Positions 57,452-64,000 of a stretch of DNA of 64,000 bases are shown in pieces. Made by a program: the position numbers and the translations under genes. Source of the stretch: Clostridia bacterium (GTDB lineage: Bacteria > Bacillota > Clostridia > Christensenellales > Aristaeellaceae); the NCBI GenBank assembly GCA_017512905.1, contig JAFWEL010000076.1, positions 2,897 through 66,896 on the forward strand. Direction: 5' to 3'. Within the stretch, counting starts at the first letter, position 1. Each line of letters starts with the position of its first letter. Below the pieces are notes generated by a model. It was not told where the DNA came from. It did no database searches and worked only from the letters and a program-made list of their open reading frames with translations.

Positions 57452-57491
57452 CGGCCGGTTTCACACAAATGATCGATTTGGAGGCTATACG

Positions 57492-58283
57492 ATGAGCAGA
57501 GTTCTATCCCTGAAGGAGGTTCAGGACTACTCCACCGAGATGCTGAGGGCCATCGACCAGATCAGCACGCGCCGGAACCTGCGCTATTACCTGGTGTGCG
57601 GCAGCGTGTTGGGGGCGGTGCGCCACGGTGGCCCGATTCCCTGGGATTACGATGTGGACATCACGGTGCCCCTGCCGGAGCTGGGACACTTTTGCGATGT
57701 GCTGGAGGAGGAGTTTGCCTCCACGCCCTATCGGGTGGTTCGGCCCGGGGACAGGTCCGTGGAGAACAACATCACCACCTTTCCCCGGGTGACGCTGAAG
57801 CAGATGAATCCCAGGAAGATGCACATCGATATCTTTCCCCAGATCGGCATCACCTCGGACCCGGAGGAGCAGGTGCGCTTCACCCAGAAGCTGACGGAGG
57901 TCAAGACCCTCTACCGGGACAAGCAGGTCGCCTACACCCACAACGGGGAATGGTGGAAGCAGCTGGGCAAGCTGGCCATGCGCGTGAAGCTGGCCGGCGT
58001 GGATTCGGAGAAGGAGCTGGCTGAATTCCAGCTGCTGTGCGCCCGGTATCCCCACGGGGAAGCTGAGTTTGTCACCAATCCCTGCGGCAAGTACGGCACG
58101 AAGAACATCGTGCCGAAGGCCTGGTTCGGCACGCCCCGGCGCATCCCCTATCTGGACATGCTGCTGCCGGTGCCGGAGCACACCGAGGAATACCTGACCC
58201 ATTATTACAAGGATTACATGAAATATCCTCCCCGGGAGGAAATCGACAGGATGATGAAATACACGGTCGTATTGGAGGACTGA
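57492..58283 (+). CDS. LicD family phosphotransferase, paralog 2
   Basis: CGSVLGAVRHGGPIPWDYDVDITVP motif. GGAGG RBS. Confidence 0.8.
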   Translation: MSRVLSLKEVQDYSTEMLRAIDQISTRRNLRYYLVCGSVLGAVRHGGPIPWDYDVDITVPLPELGHFCDVLEEEFASTPYRVVRPGDRSVENNITTFPRVTLKQMNPRKMHIDIFPQIGITSDPEEQVRFTQKLTEVKTLYRDKQVAYTHNGEWWKQLGKLAMRVKLAGVDSEKELAEFQLLCARYPHGEAEFVTNPCGKYGTKNIVPKAWFGTPRRIPYLDMLLPVPEHTEEYLTHYYKDYMKYPPREEIDRMMKYTVVLED

Positions 58284-58288
58284 ACGTC

Positions 58289-58714
58289 ATGGCAAAATAC
58301 AAGGTGGGATATACCACGGGCGTGTTTGACGTGTTCCACGTCGGGCACCTGAATATCCTGGAGCATGCGAAGGAGCAGTGCGATTACCTGATCGTCGGCG
58401 TCAGCACGGACGAGCTGGTGCAGACCTACAAGCACAAGACGCCCGTGATCCCCTTCGAGGATCGCATGCGCATCGTCTCCGCCATCCGCGTGGTGGACAG
58501 GGTCGTGCCCCAGACCAGCATGGACAAGCGCCAGGCCTGGGAGAGCCTGCACTATGACGTGATGTTCCATGGTGACGACTGGAAGAATACCGACATGTAC
58601 AACGAGGAGATTCGCAAGCTGGGCGAGGTGGGGGTTGACGTGGTCTTCCTCAAGCACACGCCGGGCGTCTCCACCTCGGAGCTGCTGGCCAAGATACGGG
58701 AGAAGGATTCGTGA
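58289..58714 (+). CDS. tagD: glycerol-3-phosphate cytidylyltransferase
   Basis: 141 aa with the GYTTGVFDVFHVGHLNILEHAK (HxGH) cytidylyltransferase motif. Confidence 0.9.
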   Translation: MAKYKVGYTTGVFDVFHVGHLNILEHAKEQCDYLIVGVSTDELVQTYKHKTPVIPFEDRMRIVSAIRVVDRVVPQTSMDKRQAWESLHYDVMFHGDDWKNTDMYNEEIRKLGEVGVDVVFLKHTPGVSTSELLAKIREKDS

Positions 58715-59970
58715 TGGTTGGCGGGAAAGCGACGGCAAGCCCTGAAAGCTGCTGCGGCTGCGGGGCCTGCGCCAAAGCATGCCCCAGGCAGTGCATCCGC
58801 ATGGTCGCGGATGCAGATGGGTTTGTCTTTCCCCAGGTGGACGCGGACGCCTGCGTCAATTGCGGCCGCTGTGAACAGGTCTGTCCCTTCGAGCGCAAGC
58901 CGGATGTGGGGGATCGCGTTCAGCCGAAGATCTACGCGGCCCGCCAGCGGTCTCAGGCCGTGCTGACGGCCGCAGCCAGCGGCGGCGCCTTCGGGGGCAT
59001 CGCGGCCGCGCTGTCGGATGAACCCGGCGGGAAGGACTGGTGGGTCTGGGGCGCTGTGCTGGATGAAAACCTCCGGGTGTGCCACCGGTGCCGCCGGCTG
59101 TCGGAAGGCCTGGAGCCCTTTCACAAATCCAAATACGTTCAGAGCGACCTGGGGGACGCGCTGCCGGAGATTCGACGTCAGCTGAAGGCGGGGGAGCGGG
59201 TGCTCTTTTCCGGAACCCCCTGCCAGGTTGCGGCGCTGCGCAACTACCTGGGCGAAGGCCCGATACAGGACAATCTGTTCTGCGTGGATCTGGTGTGCCA
59301 CGGCGTGCCCTCGCAGCGGATGTTCGACCGGTATATTGAGGAGGAGGGCCGCGCGCTGAAGAGCCCCATTAGACAGGTGGAATTCCGTCACAAGGTCTAC
59401 CGGGGACGGAAGGAGGGATGGGACTCCAGGTATATGCGCCTGACGCTGGCGGATGGCCGACAGAAGGTTCGCAATCGCTACCAGAGCCGCTTCCTGAGGG
59501 CGTATTACGCCTACCTGTTCCAGCGGAAATCCTGTTATACCTGTCCATTTACCACGGCCGAGCGCAATGGCGACGTGACCATCGGGGATTTCTGGGGCGT
59601 GAAGCGAATGCTGCCGGAGGTCGAAGAGGACAGGGGCATTTCCCTGATCCAGGTGAACACAGCCGCCGGGGAGCGCGTGACGGAGCGCGTGACGGAGCGC
59701 GTGGAACTGGAGATGGAGCTCTGGCCGGTGGACCGGGAGGCCTATATCAAGCGCAGCGGCGGCGCGATGGTGCAGCCCGCTGCCGCCAACCGCAACCGAA
59801 AGGCTTTCTTTCGCGCCGCACGGGACGACAGCTTTTTCCGGGCGGTTGACAGCGCCATTCCAGCCTGGAAGGAATGGGCGAAGATCGAGTTTATGCGCAG
59901 GCTGACCCCGGAAACCCGGCGAAAGCTGAAGCGCCTGCGCCACGGGAACGGAAGCGGCGCGAAAGGTTGA
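58711..59970 (+). CDS. 4Fe-4S dicluster protein related to coenzyme F420 hydrogenase/dehydrogenase beta subunit (polysaccharide-locus type)
   Basis: N-terminal CCGCGACAKACP..CVNCGRCEQVCP ferredoxin motifs and a FrhB-like C-terminal region. The start is the GTG at 58711 or the ATG at 58714. Confidence 0.7.
   Translation: MMVGGKATASPESCCGCGACAKACPRQCIRMVADADGFVFPQVDADACVNCGRCEQVCPFERKPDVGDRVQPKIYAARQRSQAVLTAAASGGAFGGIAAALSDEPGGKDWWVWGAVLDENLRVCHRCRRLSEGLEPFHKSKYVQSDLGDALPEIRRQLKAGERVLFSGTPCQVAALRNYLGEGPIQDNLFCVDLVCHGVPSQRMFDRYIEEEGRALKSPIRQVEFRHKVYRGRKEGWDSRYMRLTLADGRQKVRNRYQSRFLRAYYAYLFQRKSCYTCPFTTAERNGDVTIGDFWGVKRMLPEVEEDRGISLIQVNTAAGERVTERVTERVELEMELWPVDREAYIKRSGGAMVQPAAANRNRKAFFRAARDDSFFRAVDSAIPAWKEWAKIEFMRRLTPETRRKLKRLRHGNGSGAKG
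59671..59704 (+). repeat. 12-nt tandem repeat, about 2.8 copies, in frame
   Basis: The sequence gagcgcgtgacg gagcgcgtgacg gagcgcgtgg encodes ERVTERVTERV. Confidence 0.9.
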
Positions 59971-59981
59971 GGACATAATCG

Positions 59982-61445
59982 ATGTCAAAGACTGGAAACA
60001 TCAAGAAAAACTATCTGTATAACCTGGTATATACGCTGCTGAATACCGCCCTTCCCCTGTTGACCATGCCGTATCTCGCGCGGGTGGTCGGCGCGGAAGG
60101 GGTCGGCATTCACGCCTACTATTATTCCGCCGCACATATCTTCTATATCATCGCCAAGCTCGGCCTGAACAATTACGGGACGCGGTTGATTTCCCGCAAC
60201 CGGGACAGCGCCGATCTGTCCGCGGTATTCAGCAGCGTCTATTACCAGCAGATGATCACCGCGCTGGTGGCCAACGTGGCCTACTGGGGATATTATTTCC
60301 TGGTGGCGCGGAAGGAGCCCAACGGCGTGTTCGCGCTGATCCTGGGGCTGCTGGTGTTCGCCGGGTTTTTCGATATCGACTGGCTGTTTTCCGGGTTGGA
60401 GCAGTTCAAGAGTATCTCCAGGAAGAACATACTGGTCAAGACCGTCTCGGTGGCGCTGATCTTCCTGCTGGTCAAGCGCAGGGAGGACCTGTGGAAGTAC
60501 ACCCTGCTGATCGCCGGCAGCATGTTCTTCGGCTATCTGTCCATGTGGACGCGGCTGAAGCGGCTGGTCCACTTTGTGCCGGTACCCTTCCGGGATGTGC
60601 TGGCCCACCTGAAGCCCAATCTCATACTGGTCATTCCCGTATTCGCGATCAATGTTTACCGCACCATGGACAAGATCATGCTGGGCGCGATGTCCACCAT
60701 GATCCAGACCGGCCTGTATGAGAACGCTGAAAAGATCGTCTACGCCCTCTGCGGCTTCATCACCGCCTTCGGCACGGTGATGATGCCCCGGATCACCCAC
60801 ATGATCGCCAGTGGCCAGGAGGCGGAGATGGAGCGCTACAGGGCTCTTTCCATGGAATTCATGATGACGCTGATGATCGCGATGTCCGCCGGACTGATGG
60901 CCGTGTCGAACCGCCTGGCTGTGCTGCTGTTTGGCGCGCAGTTCGCCGGGTCGGGTCCGCTGCTGATGGCGTTATCCGTGACGCTGCCCATCATCGGCTG
61001 GGCCAATGTGATACGCTCCCAGTACGTGATACCCAGGGGATTGGACCGGCTGTATGTAATCACAGTGGTGTCCGGTGCGGTGGTGAACCTGATCGTCAAC
61101 GCCATGCTGATCCCAGGCATGGCCGCCATGGGCGCGGTCATTGGCACGATCTGCGCCGAAGGCATTGTCCCGGTCATACAGTTTATACTGTTGCGCAAGC
61201 AAATTGACTACGGCCCCCTGGTGAAAAAGAGCGTCATCGCCCTGGTCAGCGGCATAATCATGTATGGGGTCGTCCGACTGGCGGAGCGCCTGCCCCTTAC
61301 GGGCGTAACGCTGCTGGGCGTACAGGTTGTCATCGGCGTGGTCACCTATGGCGGCATCTGTTTGGCCCTTCACCTGGCGTTCGATCGCGATCTGCTTGTG
61401 ATGCTGCGCTCGAAGCGGGGCAGGAAAGCGGCGCAGGGCGACTGA
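59982..61445 (+). CDS. Wzx-type oligosaccharide flippase (MOP superfamily)
   Basis: 487 aa, about 12-14 TMs, with N-terminal KKNYLYNLVYTLLNTALPLLTMPYLARVVG typical of polysaccharide biosynthesis flippases. Confidence 0.8.
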   Translation: MSKTGNIKKNYLYNLVYTLLNTALPLLTMPYLARVVGAEGVGIHAYYYSAAHIFYIIAKLGLNNYGTRLISRNRDSADLSAVFSSVYYQQMITALVANVAYWGYYFLVARKEPNGVFALILGLLVFAGFFDIDWLFSGLEQFKSISRKNILVKTVSVALIFLLVKRREDLWKYTLLIAGSMFFGYLSMWTRLKRLVHFVPVPFRDVLAHLKPNLILVIPVFAINVYRTMDKIMLGAMSTMIQTGLYENAEKIVYALCGFITAFGTVMMPRITHMIASGQEAEMERYRALSMEFMMTLMIAMSAGLMAVSNRLAVLLFGAQFAGSGPLLMALSVTLPIIGWANVIRSQYVIPRGLDRLYVITVVSGAVVNLIVNAMLIPGMAAMGAVIGTICAEGIVPVIQFILLRKQIDYGPLVKKSVIALVSGIIMYGVVRLAERLPLTGVTLLGVQVVIGVVTYGGICLALHLAFDRDLLVMLRSKRGRKAAQGD

Positions 61446-61472
61446 GCGCGGCCGGTTTGAGAGGTTTGGAAT

Positions 61473-62534
61473 ATGAGTGCTGTCAATGGATTCCTGTGGA
61501 CCCTGATGCTGCTGTTCGTGCCGATGTGCGCGGGGTTTGCGATATGCCACTGGTTCCGCCTGCCCATGAATCCGCCCATCTGTTTTCTGGGGGGATACCT
61601 GGGTCAGTGGTCACTGTTCCAATTATTCAGTGTGCCCATGAGTTTGTTCAAGGTGGGTTTTGTTCCGCTGATATGGGTGGTTACGCTGGCCCTGGTCCTG
61701 CTTGACACTTGCGGCATCGCGCTCTTTATGCGCGAAAGGAAGCTGCGCTCCGCCCGAAGGGGCGCGCATCGGCGGCCCGGTTGGAACGCCGCGGATGTTT
61801 TCGCACTGGTCATACTGATTGCGGGCTACCTGTGCCTGGCCTATGCCTGCGGACGCCTGCAACACGTGGACGGCGACGACTCCCGCTTCGTGGTCGAGGC
61901 GGTGGACATCGAGCGTACGAACCGCCTGTTTCTGACGGATTATGGCACCGGGCAGGCGCTGACCGACTTTGCCGGTCCCCTGCGCCACGACCTGTTTTCG
62001 CCCTGGACCGTCTATTTGGCGTATATCGCGCGTATGACCGCCACGCCGGTGGCCATCGTCGCCCACAGCGTGCTGCCCCAGGTGCTCTTACTGTGCCTGA
62101 TGTGCGCCTATTGGGCGGTGGCGGAACGGTTCTTTGGCAACAGCCGGTTTGAGAAATATGCCATGGTGTTCCTGACGCTGCTGGTGTGCGCCTACAGCGG
62201 CCGCTCGACGATGACCGCCGAAGGGTATTTTATGCGCCGCTCATGGCAGGGAAAGGCAGTTGTGGCCGGGATCGTGATTCCATCCATGTACCTGGCGCTG
62301 ACGAATGTCAGCGATCATATAAAGGAATGGCGGGCCTATCTGCTGGTCTATATGGTGATGCTGGCCATGTGCTTCATGTCGGCCATGGGCATCATACTGG
62401 GGACGATCCTTTGCGGAGCCTTTGGTCTGGCCTACGGCATACGATATCGCAGCCTACCGGTTGCGCTGAAGATCTGGGGTGGGGTGGCCATCTGCCTGGT
62501 TTACGTCGGCATCATGATGCTGCGCATGGTATAG
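61473..62534 (+). CDS. hypothetical polytopic membrane protein
   Basis: 353 aa, about 9-10 hydrophobic helices, GAGAGG RBS. No family recognised by eye. Confidence 0.5.
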   Translation: MSAVNGFLWTLMLLFVPMCAGFAICHWFRLPMNPPICFLGGYLGQWSLFQLFSVPMSLFKVGFVPLIWVVTLALVLLDTCGIALFMRERKLRSARRGAHRRPGWNAADVFALVILIAGYLCLAYACGRLQHVDGDDSRFVVEAVDIERTNRLFLTDYGTGQALTDFAGPLRHDLFSPWTVYLAYIARMTATPVAIVAHSVLPQVLLLCLMCAYWAVAERFFGNSRFEKYAMVFLTLLVCAYSGRSTMTAEGYFMRRSWQGKAVVAGIVIPSMYLALTNVSDHIKEWRAYLLVYMVMLAMCFMSAMGIILGTILCGAFGLAYGIRYRSLPVALKIWGGVAICLVYVGIMMLRMV

Positions 62535-62550
62535 GGGGAACGATCGTCAC

Positions 62551-63363
62551 ATGCTGTTGTCAATCCGGGAATCCTGTCGGGAAATGTGGAATTGGACCGT
62601 GCAATACGCCGGGGGCTTTCCCGGGCTGTTGCTGTTGTCCATCGCGGCGGGGGGTTATCTGCTTGCAGCCTGCAAGTCCTTTCGGCGCAAGCTGCTCGCG
62701 CCAGTCATCGCGCTGATCCTCATAGTCGTCAATCCGATGCTGTACAGCCTGCTGTACGGCAACAACAACCTGCCGTTTGTCTCATCCTACGGTCTGCGCT
62801 ATTGGCGCTTCTTCTGGCTACTGCCCCAGGGAATACTCATTGGCGCGACGGCGGTGCACCTGATGCGTCGGTTCTCCCATCCGCTCATCCGCTGTCTTGG
62901 GCTGGTGCTTGCCTCGACCATCATCGTGCTGGCGGGGCAGAATATCTTCCTGGATAAAGGGCAATTCAAACCCGCTGTGTCACCCTACAAGATCAACCGG
63001 ACGACTGAGCTGGTCTGTGAAAAGGTGCTGGCGGACAATCCGGAACCGCTTTGCATGTTTGACAACGTCATCAGCACCCAGGCGCGGCAATACAGCGGCA
63101 GCATTCGCCAGCTTTGGGGGCGTAACGGCACCTGGAACGTGATCTCCGATCCCGAGGCCTGGGAGGCCTATGTGCGGCTGTATGCCCGTCCCCGGGAGTG
63201 GGAGCCCATCTTCGCCTTCGCCGAGCAGCGGGGCGTAACTCATATCTCCTACGTCATACGGCAAAAGGATGATCAGGAACAGATGCTGGCCATCGCCGGG
63301 CAACATGGATATGAGGAGTTGGACAGGATCGACAAGCGGATCATCCTTCATCGCGTCGCGTAA
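62551..63363 (+). CDS. hypothetical membrane protein with a C-terminal soluble domain
   Basis: 270 aa with about 4 N-terminal TMs followed by a ~130-aa soluble part. It is the last gene of the locus. Confidence 0.5.
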   Translation: MLLSIRESCREMWNWTVQYAGGFPGLLLLSIAAGGYLLAACKSFRRKLLAPVIALILIVVNPMLYSLLYGNNNLPFVSSYGLRYWRFFWLLPQGILIGATAVHLMRRFSHPLIRCLGLVLASTIIVLAGQNIFLDKGQFKPAVSPYKINRTTELVCEKVLADNPEPLCMFDNVISTQARQYSGSIRQLWGRNGTWNVISDPEAWEAYVRLYARPREWEPIFAFAEQRGVTHISYVIRQKDDQEQMLAIAGQHGYEELDRIDKRIILHRVA

Positions 63364-63469
63364 CCGGAGCGTGGGTGCGTTTCTGAAATCGTGGTGCTCT
63401 GGTTTCCCGGGCTCATTTATTGTACACGTATTGCAAGTGATTATTAAAGGCATCTATTCAGACCTGTAC

Positions 63470-63540
63470 TCCTTCCCACTCCGCTTCGCGGGTCCAACTC
63501 TCGAAGCGAGCCCTTCAGGGCTCCAGGAGGGAGGCTTTTT
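63470..63540 (+). terminator. compound hairpin structure ending in a T-run, probable terminator of the polysaccharide operon
   Basis: The hairpins cgcttcg/cgaagcg and agccc/gggct are enclosed by CCTTCC/GGGAGG pairing, followed by ggcttttt. Confidence 0.4.
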
Positions 63541-63767
63541 GTGTATATATGCGCCTTATAGTCCTCCTCCCAGAGGTGTACGTAGCTATGCCTTCAGGCA
63601 GAGCGGGCTGCCCGTTGGGACAGACTGAGTGAGTTTTCCAGGGTAGGACAGAACAGCCGCATAATATTACAGTAAAAGACCGCGGCCTTTTTCAGCTGCA
63701 GTCTTTTACTTGGCATTTGTAGCTTAATAATATTGCTATGTGTTGGCACCTTTTTGTTGAGATAATA

Positions 63768-64000
63768 TTATTTCATATACTTGTCGATGGCCTGGCAGAG
63801 GTCGTCGATGGCCTGCTGGTCGCCCTCGGCGGCGGCGTCGACGATGCAGTGCTTCAGGTGGTCCTGAAGGATCAGCTTGCCGGTATTGTCTATGGCCGAG
63901 CGCACGGCGGCAATCTGGATCAGCACCTCGGAGCAGTCCCGCCCCTCCTCGACCATGTTGCGCACCGATTGAAGGTGGCCGATGGCCCGGGAGAGTCGGT
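63768..64000 (-). CDS. CsoR/RcnR/FrmR-family metal-sensing transcriptional repressor (5' end beyond the window)
   Basis: LSRAIGHLQSVRNMVEEGRDCSEVLIQIAAVRSAI pattern with the conserved Cys and a C-terminal HC motif. The frame is open to the window edge. Confidence 0.75.
   Translation of the reverse strand, partial: RLSRAIGHLQSVRNMVEEGRDCSEVLIQIAAVRSAIDNTGKLILQDHLKHCIVDAAAEGDQQAIDDLCQAIDKYMK

Noticed and set aside
61473-63363. Single gene split by a frameshift or stop into two ORFs
   Set aside because: The second ORF has its own GGGGGA RBS and ATG after a 16-nt gap, and both parts look complete. I cannot exclude a split without homolog comparison, so they are annotated separately.

Overview
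GC-rich Firmicutes-type chromosome segment; gene content and order suggest a spore-forming Clostridia or Oscillospirales-like organism (inference). About 50 protein genes are dense on both strands. Most of the window is core housekeeping. This includes an NCS2 permease, M18 aminopeptidase, RNase R, a CNNM/CorC protein, manA, a nuclease-helicase, tdk, glyA, rluF-like, valS, aspartate kinase, dnaG-rpoD-trmK-nif3-zinc ribbon, darA-holB-ricT and tmk. RNA elements recognised directly from sequence are a tandem glycine riboswitch upstream of glyA, a valine T-box leader upstream of valS, and RNase P RNA (rnpB). A cell-envelope cluster runs from 16.1 to 23.8 kb: an OmpR-type regulator, a HAMP histidine kinase and a GerMN lipoprotein lie divergent from two tandem DD-carboxypeptidase paralogs and an M23 peptidase. 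The last roughly 18 kb (45.7-63.4 kb) is a single-strand Wzx/Wzy-type surface-polysaccharide locus. It has a priming phosphotransferase, a Wzz-like protein, two GT4 enzymes, an acetyltransferase, two LicD paralogs, TagD, an FeS F420-dehydrogenase-like protein, a flippase and two unknown membrane proteins. Ten near-consensus TTGnnn-17-TATAAT promoters and many hairpin terminators delimit the transcription units. I found no CRISPR array, tRNA, rRNA, transposase, integrase or recognisable defence system. I cannot point to a clear new multi-gene system. The most unusual items are listed below. (1) A 1139-aa Wzy-like membrane protein carries eleven 32-residue beta-hairpin-type repeats. (2) Thymidine kinase is fused to a GNAT acetyltransferase. 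(3) A glycine riboswitch controls glyA. (4) A PD-(D/E)XK nuclease is fused to an XPD/DinG helicase. (5) Three families of dispersed palindromic or TIR-flanked intergenic elements occur in the window. All functional calls come from motif recognition by eye and need database confirmation.
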